Of a stretch of DNA of 64,000 bases, positions 10,405 through 20,322 are shown in pieces. Below the pieces are notes generated by a model. The model made no database searches. It saw only the letters and a list, made by a program, of their open reading frames with translations, and was not told where the DNA came from. The position numbers were made by a program, and so were the translations under genes. Source of the stretch: Synergistaceae bacterium (GTDB lineage Bacteria > Synergistota > Synergistia > Synergistales > Aminobacteriaceae); assembly GCA_017454625.1 (NCBI GenBank), contig JAFTCP010000116.1, forward strand, positions 2,917 to 66,916, in the 5' to 3' direction. Numbering within the stretch: position 1 is the stretch's first letter; the number at the start of each line of letters is the position of its first letter.

Positions 10405-10927
10405 CGTAATGAGGCCGATTGCCTAAATCTCCCGCCGAACTGAAATAAGCTGCCTGTAATGGGTCATTCCCCGGAGAACTCAGCCACCACGCGCATAATC
10501 CTCTCCCGTTTGTGTAAGCTCCGCGAGTTTTTGCGTAAACTGTCGGCGAACATTGACGCTGTGAGACCTCAGGAAGATACTTCATTGCTTCGTCAAGCGT
10601 TAAGAGTGAGAGTGAAATTATTGCGGCCTGCTCCTGAGAGTTAAAAGCTGTGTTGAGAAACTCATTGTTGAGCCATTTACGAAGAGTTGAGTTTTCCAAA
10701 GTTACAACTATTCTTCGCTCGTTATAAGGCAGACAGTCAACGCAATCTTTCGTGAGAAGCAGAAGACTATCATCATCCTCATCAAGCACAAGCCACTGAA
10801 CCGGCGTTAACTCTCTGGAAGCCTGATAATATCTCCCAAACTGAACCTCACGAAATGCCCCGAAAGAGCTAGAGGCTGACAGAATGACAAATAATAACGT
10901 GAGAGCGAATAATTTTCGTCTTGTCAT
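10331..10927 (-). CDS. secreted DUF6273-like protein
   Basis: I placed the start at ATG 10927, behind a GGAGGA RBS. Signal peptide; motifs WLVLDEDD...LLLTKD and CAWWLSSPG are typical of this family. Confidence 0.45.
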   Translation of the reverse strand: MTRRKLFALTLLFVILSASSSFGAFREVQFGRYYQASRELTPVQWLVLDEDDDSLLLLTKDCVDCLPYNERRIVVTLENSTLRKWLNNEFLNTAFNSQEQAAIISLSLLTLDEAMKYLPEVSQRQCSPTVYAKTRGAYTNGRGLCAWWLSSPGNDPLQAAYFSSAGDLGNRPHYVDYDVIGDRDEFTAVNSAGSSVQR

Positions 10928-10944
10928 GATTAATCCTCCATAAG

Positions 10945-12036
10945 TTATTTTGCTTTCAATGTCCACGTCAAAAAGTTCTTGCAAACCTGAGCTATGAATT
11001 TTCCGGGCAAGTAAATTTTTCCGTCCTTAATTTGCGCAGGAGCTTCCATATCCATTTTAAAGCCGTCAAAATCCGCATCCGAGCTTCCGACGTTGACTTT
11101 CAGGCGGCTGACGTTCGGAAGATATATTACTGCCTCGTTATCGCGCTGGAAGTATGAAGTCTTAAGAATTTTCGCGGCATCATTAACCGGAAGCATGAGA
11201 GTATCGCCGTCAAAGTATAAATCTTCGAGTTCAACAAAATCTTCGCTGAGAGCAAGAGTTTTTGTGAAACACTCGAAGTTTTCAAGCATGTATTCATAGC
11301 TGACGTATTCGCCGTGTCCGAAGAATATTTTTGTGTCGCCTGGAACGTCAAGGGCCTTCAACTTCATTAACGATTCAAATAAAGCCGGGACGTTGCTGTT
11401 CATGAGGTCATGACGTGGAACTCGCCGAAAAGCTACGCTGTCGCCCAAGAATAATAAGCCTTCATCAGCAAAGTAAAATAATGAGCTTCCCGGAGAATGA
11501 CCAGGCGAAGGAATAACTTTTACGCTAAACCCCGCAAACTCATAATCTCCGGCTTCAAGCGGCAATGCTTCACTCTCAATCACAAAGGGTTCGGACAAAA
11601 CGCGCTCGAAAGAATTATTTGCGTAGATGTCATAAAGTCCGTCGCGGTCGAGTGCGTGAATATAAATTTTCGCGTCAGGATAATCCTTTTTCAAAGCGTC
11701 AAGACCGATTATGTGGTCAACGTGGCAGTGTGATAAAAGTATAGTGTCAACGCCGCCGATTGATTTAATATACTCCTTGAAGTCGCCATCATAATATCCC
11801 GGATCTATTACGATATTTCCGTTCTTGGAACTTATGACGTGAGCATAGCACGAGAAATTTACGGGGTTAGTGAAGCTCCTGACCGTGCAAGTTTTAGTCT
11901 CGTAAAATCTCTCAGGTGAAGAGTTGCTAATATCCGAAAGGAGCGCGGCCCTGAACTGCTGAGCATTTGCAAACGAAACACTCAGCAGGACAACGAGCAG
12001 GACTAAAATATTTCTGCAAAGTTTTCTGTATTTCAT
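10945..12036 (-). CDS. secreted MBL-fold metallo-hydrolase with C-terminal copper-amine-oxidase-N-like (stalk) domain
   Basis: Signal peptide, LLSHCHVDHIIG (HxHxDH), and a C-terminal LMLPVNDAAKIL...KDGKIYLPGKFIAQ domain. Confidence 0.7.
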   Translation of the reverse strand: MKYRKLCRNILVLLVVLLSVSFANAQQFRAALLSDISNSSPERFYETKTCTVRSFTNPVNFSCYAHVISSKNGNIVIDPGYYDGDFKEYIKSIGGVDTILLSHCHVDHIIGLDALKKDYPDAKIYIHALDRDGLYDIYANNSFERVLSEPFVIESEALPLEAGDYEFAGFSVKVIPSPGHSPGSSLFYFADEGLLFLGDSVAFRRVPRHDLMNSNVPALFESLMKLKALDVPGDTKIFFGHGEYVSYEYMLENFECFTKTLALSEDFVELEDLYFDGDTLMLPVNDAAKILKTSYFQRDNEAVIYLPNVSRLKVNVGSSDADFDGFKMDMEAPAQIKDGKIYLPGKFIAQVCKNFLTWTLKAK

Positions 12037-12048
12037 GGCATTAATACT

Positions 12049-13419
12049 TTACTTGTTCAGCGCATCAAGAACAGCGAGCGTTAAATCATCGATGCCGATT
12101 GTTGCTCCGGAAATCAAATCGACGTTCTCAGCTTTCCCGGACTTGTCATATTTCACGGCTTCAATTCCATTCTTTAACACCCATTCTTCGTAATAGGCGA
12201 CTTGCTCCCACCAATCTTTATTGAGCGTGCTCACTGGCTTAATCCCGTAATTGTCGTGAAGTTCCTTGCTGCTTTTTCCGTTAGCGAGACGGTCAATTAT
12301 CACGTTGGAGACTGCGCCATCCTTCTCAATTACATTAGCGATATAAAGCCCCCATTGTTTGCTGAAGGAAATTCCAGACTTGACACTGCATGAAGGCTTA
12401 TTAGAATTTCCTATCAACTCTCGCAACTTTTTCAAGGCTTCGGCGGCTTGAACGTCATCGCTAATCCATTTATCTTGGACATTCTCATAATCCGTCGAAT
12501 TTTCCCAGAAGGAGACTTCATCGTCATTCATAATTCTTACTTCTGCGCCGTCAGCTCTGAGAATTTCAATTTGGCGAGTAAAAGACGTATTCATGATTTC
12601 ACCGAGCACTGAATACGAACTTTCTGCGGCACGTTCGATTGCGTCTTTGTCGGCTTTAGCGAGATTGTCCCAGATTGATTTGTTCAGCGCGATGATGTAT
12701 TCATGTCCGAGCCATAACTTTTGCGAGACTAGAATATTCGGCGCTGGCTTGTGAGCGTTGATGTCATAACCGCTGTCGATATTCACAATTAAACCGTCAA
12801 GAGTTCCGTCTTTGAGAGCGTCGGAAACTCCGGGTCCCCAAGCCATTGTTACAGGTTCAGCTCCGGCATTGCTGAGAAAATCCTTGTGCCAGAAACTCGC
12901 GCTCCTCCATCGCTGGCCCTTGATTGCTTGAAGATTTGATAATGGCTTTGCGCTGAAGAATGCCGCCGGATAACCTGTTGCGATAATTACGGCGTGAAGG
13001 TTATTAGCTTCGAGTTCATTTACGAGTTCGGGGATTTCATGATAGACGTTGCGGAAAAAGTTAACTTACTCCTGCCCTGTCGGTCCAACCGGAAAACTCT
13101 TAAACAGTTGGTGAAGATGAAGATCTTTCATGCAATATTCCGGAACAACAACGGCTAAGTCCGCGCTTTCCTGATTAATCGCTTTGATTGCGTTGTAACC
13201 TGTGCTGATTTCGGCGTTCCAGTGAGTTTTAATCTTCACTCGTCCTTGAGTTTCACGTTCGATTGCCGGGAAAAATACATCGTTCAAAAAAGTTGTCCGC
13301 ATATTCCCCAGAGGCTCATGATCTGAATAATCAAGCTCAAGCGTGGAACCTGAAACTTCACCGGCAAAAGCAGATCCGGCCAATGTCAAAAATATCAATG
13401 TGAACGCAAAATATTTCAT
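12049..13419 (-). pseudogene. TRAP/DctP-like periplasmic binding protein fused to a C-terminal FMN_bind domain, interrupted by one in-frame TAA
   Basis: ORFs 13419-13066 and 12846-12049 are in the same frame. The only interruption is TAA at 13066-13068 (...GPTGQE*VNFFRNVYHE...). The C-terminus carries DLISGATIGIDDL. Confidence 0.6.
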
Positions 13420-13485
13420 ATTATCCACCTCCATAAAAATTAAGGGAACCGAGACAAAATCGATCCCCTGTCTTTTCACGATTAT

Positions 13486-14124
13486 TTACGGTTTAGGGCC
13501 GAAGCACTGCATGAGAGTAAAATTATGATTTTCCGTAAGCCCAAGTAATTTCGTCAAACCTTCGCGGTCAAAGTTCATTCTTGTACGTGCTCCCCAGCCT
13601 AGCGATGCCGCATAGAGATAAACATTCTGCATTGAAAGTCCGGCATGAGCAAATCCGCAGTTCAGAATATCTTCAGCAGGAGCTTTGAACGGTAATTTTT
13701 CCCATTTCCCAGCGTCCTGAATGTAAAGCAAATCAACGGCAGCTTTCGCAACAAACGGCTGTCCTCCGGTCAACTTGCGATAATCACCTTCGGCAATGAC
13801 CGTAACGCTGTGATTTTCAGGATTGTAACGATAAACTTTTTCACGAGTGAACGCGAAAATTATCATGTCCTGATTGTTCATAGCCGTAGCATAAGTTAAT
13901 TTGCCATTTTCACGGTTAATTCCTCCGGCTACCCAGAGTAAATTTGAGAGCTGTTGAAGCGAAATTTCCTTGTCAACGAAATCACCGGCAGACTGACGAG
14001 CCGCAATCGCATCAACTACGGGAATTCCTCCTGACTTCTCAGGTTCAGGAAGCGCAATATCCTCAGCAAACGCAACCGAACAAACCATAACGACCAACAA
14101 TAAAGCAATAAGTAACTTCTTCAT
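13486..14124 (-). CDS. secreted nitroreductase-family (SagB-type) protein
   Basis: Signal peptide and a nitroreductase-fold sequence pattern (LSNLLWVAGGINR..., C-terminal GWGARTR). Confidence 0.6.
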   Translation of the reverse strand: MKKLLIALLLVVMVCSVAFAEDIALPEPEKSGGIPVVDAIAARQSAGDFVDKEISLQQLSNLLWVAGGINRENGKLTYATAMNNQDMIIFAFTREKVYRYNPENHSVTVIAEGDYRKLTGGQPFVAKAAVDLLYIQDAGKWEKLPFKAPAEDILNCGFAHAGLSMQNVYLYAASLGWGARTRMNFDREGLTKLLGLTENHNFTLMQCFGPKP

Positions 14125-14254
14125 TAAAAAATTCCTCCTGTAATATTTATACGTTTACCCATGAAGGGGCATTACGTCAGTGAACTTTAGCGAGCGTGTA
14201 TAATCTCTAAAACTTAATGTGATAACGCTCACTTCTTCATTAATTTTTGCTATC

Positions 14255-15202
14255 CTAGTGATATACGGGCATTCCGCCTGTGAACGTGAGAGAACGCATC
14301 TCATTCCCATAAACTTTGTGTGATGCCGCAATCTCCTCAATCTCGCTAATATCCTTATAACTCAGCTCAACTTTCAGCGCGTCAATATTCTGTTGTAAGT
14401 GTTCGGGGCTTGTTGTTCCGACGAGACACATTGCATCAGGATATTTTGAGAGTGCCCAAGCTGTCATTAACTGGCTTAGTGAAACCCCCTTAGTCTCTGC
14501 AAAATTCTTCAAGGCTCTAACCAACGGCAAATTTTTCGGCAGATTTTCAGGAGAAAGCGCGGGTGAAGGAATTGCTCCTGACGCTTTGCCTTCGAGGGTT
14601 CTATCGTTCAACAATCCGTGTCCCCGAACTCCGAACAACAAAACTTTTATTCCTAACTCCTCAGCCGCCGGGATAATTTCTTTTTCAATGCTCCTGTCAA
14701 GCAAAGAATATTCAAGCTCGACCGTATGAATTGGAGCAACCTTGTGCGCGCGTCTTAGAGTTTCAGCGTCAATCTCGGTCATTCCGATGTTGCGGATATA
14801 TCCTTCCTGCTTGAGTTCAGCGAGAACGCCGATAATATCTTCAACGGGGATTGCCGAGTCCATTCGTGAAGGTTGATATAAATCTACGTAGTCAAGCCCC
14901 AGACGATGAAGCGAATACGTCAACTGAGCTTTGATGTGGTGAGGATGAACGTCAAGCCCGTAGAGTTTTCCCGAAGGTTCAAACAATACGCCGAACTTTA
15001 CGGAGACGAAAAATCTCTCGCGCGAAATTCCCTTTAGAGCCTGACCAAGAAGCATTTCACTTTCTCCAGTCTGATAGAAATTGCCGGTGTTGAAGAAAGT
15101 TATTCCAGCGTCAAGAGCCGCATGAATTGTTAAAATTGACATCTCAGGGTTACGCCGTAAGTTCATCCCCATACAGCCAAGCCCTAACCTGTTAATGTTC
15201 AT
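14255..15202 (-). CDS. aldo/keto reductase
   Basis: Typical AKR layout: LGLGCMGM, GITFFNTGNFY, LDYVDLYQ. Confidence 0.8.
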   Translation of the reverse strand: MNINRLGLGCMGMNLRRNPEMSILTIHAALDAGITFFNTGNFYQTGESEMLLGQALKGISRERFFVSVKFGVLFEPSGKLYGLDVHPHHIKAQLTYSLHRLGLDYVDLYQPSRMDSAIPVEDIIGVLAELKQEGYIRNIGMTEIDAETLRRAHKVAPIHTVELEYSLLDRSIEKEIIPAAEELGIKVLLFGVRGHGLLNDRTLEGKASGAIPSPALSPENLPKNLPLVRALKNFAETKGVSLSQLMTAWALSKYPDAMCLVGTTSPEHLQQNIDALKVELSYKDISEIEEIAASHKVYGNEMRSLTFTGGMPVYH

Positions 15203-15216
15203 GTAAAGTTCCTCCT

Positions 15217-15633
15217 TTAATGCAATAATTTCTTAAGAAGCCTCAAAAGCTCCTGTTTCTCATCAGAAGTCAATACGTCCGTCAACTTTGCTTCTAGTTC
15301 CTCACTCAGCGAATAAAGCAAATCTTTCATGTCAAGAGTTTTTTGTGTCGGCGATAAAATTTTGCTCCTGTTGTCATTGGGATTAACTTTACGTTCAAGC
15401 ATTCCCTTTTTCTCGAGATTATTGACGAGGCCCGTTACTGTCGGATTAGTCATCGAAAAATAATGCTCTATGTCAACCTGTCGCACGGAGTTTTCAGGAT
15501 TAATCAATAAATATTTGAGTATCTTGAACTGCGAATGAGTGAGGTCATAAGGCTCAAGAATGGGATTAGAGAGTTTATCAATCTCCAGGCTTAACTTCTT
15601 TATTAATATCGCGATTTTGTCAACGTTATTCAT
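15217..15633 (-). CDS. MarR-family transcriptional regulator
   Basis: Winged-HTH pattern (LTHSQFKILKYL...VRQVDIEHYFSMTNPTVTGLVNNLEKKGMLER). The ATG at 15633 overlaps the upstream stop by 8 nt. Confidence 0.8.
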   Translation of the reverse strand: MNNVDKIAILIKKLSLEIDKLSNPILEPYDLTHSQFKILKYLLINPENSVRQVDIEHYFSMTNPTVTGLVNNLEKKGMLERKVNPNDNRSKILSPTQKTLDMKDLLYSLSEELEAKLTDVLTSDEKQELLRLLKKLLH

Positions 15634-16630
15634 GAATGTGTAAAATTCGCTCGGCGTTCTTGTGAGCAATTAACTCTTTCTCGTCCTGAGTGAGATTTGA
15701 ATTAGCGAGAAACTCATAGACATTATCAGGCTGCATATAAGGATAATCGACGGAGTAAAGGATATGCTCTGCTCCCATGAGTTTAACGAGATATTCAAGC
15801 TGCATTGATGATAAAATTCCGCTGGGCGTGAGATAAATATTCGTCTTGTAATACTCTGATATGCTTCTCTTTAAGCCCGTAATTTTATGAGGGAACATGT
15901 AATCCATTCTTTCAAGGAAAGCCGGTATCATCTCGCCCCAATGTCCGGAGATAATCTTCAAGTTAGGGAGTTTGTCGAATATTCCCGATAAAATCATGCG
16001 GACAACATGAATTCCAACGTCCATGTGCCAGCCGAAACCAGCCGAAGCGAACTCACCAGCGACAATTATATTCCAGCTCGGCGACGTAAAATAATGATCC
16101 TGAATTTCTTTAGCGATTACAGCCGGATGAAAATAAACAGGCACGTCTAACTCTTCGGCTTTCTTGAATATCGGGAAAAATTGCGGCTCATCATAAAAAT
16201 GTCCCTGAAATTGGCCGGCAACGAGAACTCCGCAGAAATTATAATTTTTCACACAGCGTTCAAGTTCATTAGCCGCCGCTTCTGGGTCAGCCATCGGAAT
16301 TGTCGCGAAACCCGCAAATCTATCCGGATATTCGGCTATTCTTTCAGCGAGAATGTCATTAGCACGTCTGCAAATTTTTATCGCTTCCGAACTCGGCACT
16401 TTATCAGAGACCGGCGACGTATAAGATAAAACTTGCATTGTAATTCTGCACTTGTCCATGAAAGGAAGCCTCATCTTCTCAATATCGAACAAGGCTTCAC
16501 CGAACATCATTCTTGACTTGTAAAACTCAATTAATTCTTTGGGCTGATTTGGGGCAGGAGGATTATATTTAGCGTTGGCTTCTGAAATTTCTCGCGATGT
16601 AAAATGTTCCTCAAGCGTGATAACTCTCAA
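15626..16630 (-). CDS. amidohydrolase-2 family (ACMSD-like decarboxylase/hydrolase)
   Basis: N-terminal ITLEEHF and a C-terminal DYPY motif; 334 aa. Confidence 0.7.
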   Translation of the reverse strand: MRVITLEEHFTSREISEANAKYNPPAPNQPKELIEFYKSRMMFGEALFDIEKMRLPFMDKCRITMQVLSYTSPVSDKVPSSEAIKICRRANDILAERIAEYPDRFAGFATIPMADPEAAANELERCVKNYNFCGVLVAGQFQGHFYDEPQFFPIFKKAEELDVPVYFHPAVIAKEIQDHYFTSPSWNIIVAGEFASAGFGWHMDVGIHVVRMILSGIFDKLPNLKIISGHWGEMIPAFLERMDYMFPHKITGLKRSISEYYKTNIYLTPSGILSSMQLEYLVKLMGAEHILYSVDYPYMQPDNVYEFLANSNLTQDEKELIAHKNAERILHIHE

Positions 16631-16697
16631 TTCATAGCCTCCTATTTATTTTGTTGCGCGAATTTTAACATAGGAAGCTATGTATATCAATATGCAC

Positions 16698-16728
16698 AAA
16701 AAATCCCCCGCTCCGAAACAACGGGGGA
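16698..16728 (-). terminator. rho-independent terminator after the S9 peptidase gene
   Basis: TCCCCCG/CGGGGGA 7-bp stem followed by a U run on the minus strand. Confidence 0.6.
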
Positions 16729-16733
16729 AAACT

Positions 16734-18617
16734 TTATCTTGAGCCTAAATGTTTCTTGAAGAATGCTTCGAGTTCCCGGTAAAAATCAAACCTGTTCTCC
16801 TCATTATGGAAACCGTGCCCCTCGTTATCCTTCACCATATAAACGACATCTTTACCCGTCTTCTTCACAGCTTCCACGATTTGATCTGATTCAGCCTTAT
16901 TCACACGGACATCATTAGCTCCCTGCGCAACGAATAAAGGTATCTTGATTTTGTCAGCATGAAACACAGGCGATACAGCTTCAAGTAATTCTTTATCCTT
17001 CGACGGGTCGCCAATCATCTCATATTCCATGTCCCTGAACGGCTCCCAATAAGGCGGAATACTCTCAAGTAATGTAAAAATATTCGACGGCCCTACGTAA
17101 CTCACAGCACAGGCGTATAAATCTGGAGTGAACGCGGCTCCGGCCAATGCCGCATATCCGCCGTAACTTCCTCCGTAAATCGCAAGTCTCGACTTATCAG
17201 CAATTCCCTGTTCGACTGCCCATAAAACTCCGTCAGTAACGTCATCTTGCATCTTCAATCCCCACTGCTTAAAGCCAGCCTGCCAAAACTCTTTGCCGTA
17301 ACCCGTTGAACCTCGATAATTCACCTGTAAAACCGCAATTCCCCTGTTCGCTAAAAACTGAGCTTCGGAGTCAAATCCCCAGCCGTCGCGTGCGCTAGGT
17401 CCTCCATGAGGAATTACGACCAAAGGAAGATTGCTTGAGGAAATCCCGACGGGAAGCGTGATATAACCGTTAATCTTCAAGCCGTCGCGTGCCTTAAAGT
17501 TTATCGGCATCATCGGGGCCATTTGTTCTTCTTTGAGCCATGATGACAAATCAGCGAGTTTCGACAACGAATTATCCTGCCTGTCATAGAGATAATAAGT
17601 TCCTCGCGTTTTGTCGCTGTATGTTCGGACTATTACGCGGCGTTCGTCATCGTCCATGTCAACCGCAGCAACCTCATAATTCGGGAAAAATGCCTCAAGT
17701 GATTTCTGTAACTCCTCACGTTCAGCGTCAAAAAATTTGTAATGCCGCTTATCCGTCGTGTATGTAACTCCCGTTATAATCTTGCGTTTCTTGGAATGCA
17801 TAATTCCTCCAACGTCGACTTCGGGATGCTCAAATATTAAGTCAAGCGTCTTGTTCTCTTCCGGGTCAAACGTGTAAATTGCGTCCTTATCACGGCTCAA
17901 ATTCGAGACTACATACATTAACTTGTTGTCGTAAGCGAATAAAACCGGCGAAAAAGTTTCCTTAAAGTTCGTAGTGATTAACTTTCTGAACGGGTCAGCT
18001 TCTGTTGTCCTGTAAAGAAAGCTCGTGTTAACTCCGTCGGTCTCGAAAGCACAACGCAATTTTCCGTCGTGATCCGTCATCCAGCCCGTAATATTTCCGG
18101 GATTTTCGGCGATTAATTCAAGTTCTCCGGTGTTAATATCGCATCTATAAACGTCAAAAATTTCCGGGTTGATTTTATTCATCTCGATTAACATGTGAAC
18201 TGGGTCATCTTCCAAGTCATCAAGAATTCCCGCGCGGACTTTCTCAAACGGTGTTAAATCTCGTGCTTCCGAGCCGGTTATATCAGTTACATAGACGTGA
18301 AAGTTTTCATCTCCTCCAGAGTCCTGAGCAAATATAATCTTATCGTTCCCCTTCCAGAAAAATCCGGCGATGTCTCGTTCTGTCGCTGAAGTTATGCGTT
18401 TCTCGTTCCCTGTTGCGATTTCCCGAATATATACGTTCATACGATGCTCCCAAGGCTTGGCGAATGCTAGACGTGTCCCGTCAGGTGAAATTGAGAATGC
18501 TGCGGTGTCTGGGTTTCTGAAAAAGTCTTCCATTGGCAAGAGAGGCGGAATTGCGGCGAGGGCGAAACCTGCGGGCATAGAGGCTAAAATAATCAGCGCG
18601 ATAAATAATATTTTCAT
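16734..18617 (-). CDS. secreted S9 prolyl oligopeptidase / dipeptidyl aminopeptidase
   Basis: I placed the start at ATG 18617, behind an AAAGGAG RBS. Signal peptide, beta-propeller half, then GGSYGGY nucleophile and DVRV...H motifs. Confidence 0.8.
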   Translation of the reverse strand: MKILFIALIILASMPAGFALAAIPPLLPMEDFFRNPDTAAFSISPDGTRLAFAKPWEHRMNVYIREIATGNEKRITSATERDIAGFFWKGNDKIIFAQDSGGDENFHVYVTDITGSEARDLTPFEKVRAGILDDLEDDPVHMLIEMNKINPEIFDVYRCDINTGELELIAENPGNITGWMTDHDGKLRCAFETDGVNTSFLYRTTEADPFRKLITTNFKETFSPVLFAYDNKLMYVVSNLSRDKDAIYTFDPEENKTLDLIFEHPEVDVGGIMHSKKRKIITGVTYTTDKRHYKFFDAEREELQKSLEAFFPNYEVAAVDMDDDERRVIVRTYSDKTRGTYYLYDRQDNSLSKLADLSSWLKEEQMAPMMPINFKARDGLKINGYITLPVGISSSNLPLVVIPHGGPSARDGWGFDSEAQFLANRGIAVLQVNYRGSTGYGKEFWQAGFKQWGLKMQDDVTDGVLWAVEQGIADKSRLAIYGGSYGGYAALAGAAFTPDLYACAVSYVGPSNIFTLLESIPPYWEPFRDMEYEMIGDPSKDKELLEAVSPVFHADKIKIPLFVAQGANDVRVNKAESDQIVEAVKKTGKDVVYMVKDNEGHGFHNEENRFDFYRELEAFFKKHLGSR

Positions 18618-18887
18618 GTTGGGATAAACTCCTTTCGATAAATTTATTGAGATTGTATCACGCGGGAAATAATTACACACTGAAATTCTACGTGAGAGAT
18701 TTTACCTGCTTGATAAACCTTTTTAATTTTCAGGATATAATATTTATGTGTAAAATTTGCGAAAAATTGACGTGTAACCTAAAAAATTGCTAGTGAGTTT
18801 ATGAAGTGATTAACAGTTGAAGAATTTTTGCGTGTGAATTTTTGTCGTTGCGAGTAAAATTTATATCATGAATGGCAAATGAAGACA

Positions 18888-19022
18888 CGAAATTTTGATT
18901 GGCTAATCTTGTCGTTTCACGGCTGGAAATGATAATTTATTCTCGTTGAGATTTACACAAGAAAGAACAGCGAAATTTTGATTAACTAGTTTTCGTATTA
19001 ACTCTTGTGGTTTCGAGGCTGA
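18888..19022 (+). repeat. degenerate direct duplication in the folP leader
   Basis: CGAAATTTTGATT...CTTGT(C/G)GTTTC(AC/GA)GGCTG occurs at 18888-18927 and again at 18971-19022. The second copy has a 12-nt insert. Confidence 0.4.
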
Positions 19023-19050
19023 AGACTAAACTTTAAGGAGTGAAGGGATT

Positions 19051-20265
19051 TTGATTTACCCATTAAATATCGAGAATGACAATGACATTAAGAGAGTGTG
19101 CGAGAAAATTGGGACGGACACGCGAGCATTGGCCTATCTTGTGCCGAAATCGAGAATGTTACACTTTTACGCTGAGAATATAGATTATCGGGCGGCGGGA
19201 TTTCTGAAGCAGGAATTACTTGCGCGCGGCGGAGACGTGATTGTAACCAAGCATGTGATTGACGGTAAGACTGAGACGAGCGATATTTTGTTGATGGCGA
19301 CGGCTTCACAGTTACGGAGCTTACGGGAAAAACTCAAAGCTATGGACATATGGGGAATTAAAGAATTTCGCGAGGAGTTATCACGTGTCCTTCATAATAT
19401 AAATCTTCACGAATGGGAAATAGTTTCACCGAACGGCCATAAATTAACGCTGAATAATCAGACAAAGTTGATGGCGATAATTAATCTCACTCCGGACTCT
19501 TTTTATGCTGGAAGCCGAGTTAATGATGGGGAAATTCTTAGTAAAGCCGAAAAATTTTTGTCCGAAGGTGCGGCTGTTCTTGATATCGGAGCAGAGTCGA
19601 CGCGTCCGGGTTCGAGCAAAATTACGGCGGATGAGGAACTCGAAAGATTACTGCCGGGCTTAAGACTTTTGCGTCGAGAATTTCCGGAAGCGATAATCTC
19701 TGTCGACACGTATAAACCTGAAGTTGCGAGGATTTCAGCCAATGAGGGAGCAGATATTATTAATGACATTAGCGGCTTTGAGTTCTCTCAAGAGATGCCC
19801 GAAGTTGCGAAAATTTCATACGATGAAGGAGCTGACATAAGCGGCGTTATTTTTAGTCAAGAAATGCCGGAGGTCATAAGCGAGCTGAATATTCCTTATG
19901 TTCTCTCACACTTCAAGACCGATGATGAGCCATTAGGAAACATACATGAATATTTTGCGGCTAAACTTGAGGCGTTAAAATTGGCCGGAGTTAAGCAGGT
20001 GATAATAGATCCGGGATTAGGTTTCGGAAAAAATGTTGATGAAAATTTTGCGCTGATAAAGAATATTGAGAGCTTGAAAGTTTTCGGGCTTCCGATTTTG
20101 GTCGGACATTCACGAAAGAGATTAACGGGGCCGGAGAATTTTGCGGGAACGTTGGCGGTTACGGCGTTGTTGTCTGGACGAGTGAGTTTGCTTCGGGTTC
20201 ATGATGTGAAGGAAAACTTACAGGCTCTGAGGATTGCTGAGGAGATAACAAACGGGGGATTATAG
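19051..20265 (+). CDS. folP: dihydropteroate synthase with N-terminal extra domain and an internal 23-aa partial duplication
   Basis: TTG start behind an AAGGAG RBS. Pterin-binding motifs LMAIINLTPDSFYAGSR, VLDIGAESTRPG, SVDTYKPEVA, GADIINDISG, IDPGLGFGK. Confidence 0.85.
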   Translation: MIYPLNIENDNDIKRVCEKIGTDTRALAYLVPKSRMLHFYAENIDYRAAGFLKQELLARGGDVIVTKHVIDGKTETSDILLMATASQLRSLREKLKAMDIWGIKEFREELSRVLHNINLHEWEIVSPNGHKLTLNNQTKLMAIINLTPDSFYAGSRVNDGEILSKAEKFLSEGAAVLDIGAESTRPGSSKITADEELERLLPGLRLLRREFPEAIISVDTYKPEVARISANEGADIINDISGFEFSQEMPEVAKISYDEGADISGVIFSQEMPEVISELNIPYVLSHFKTDDEPLGNIHEYFAAKLEALKLAGVKQVIIDPGLGFGKNVDENFALIKNIESLKVFGLPILVGHSRKRLTGPENFAGTLAVTALLSGRVSLLRVHDVKENLQALRIAEEITNGGL

Positions 20266-20322
20266 ACAAAAATACTCCCCTTTTTTCAGGGAAGTAATTT
20301 CATCTACACGTGTTCATATAAT

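Noticed and set aside
13066-13068. Recoding (selenocysteine, pyrrolysine or readthrough) at the in-frame stop of the TRAP-like gene
   Set aside because: The codon is TAA, not TGA or TAG, and no SECIS-like hairpin is evident. A nonsense mutation or a sequencing error is more likely.
18690-19050. THF or ZTP riboswitch upstream of folP
   Set aside because: The conserved cores of these riboswitches are not recognisable. Only duplicated AT-rich blocks are present.
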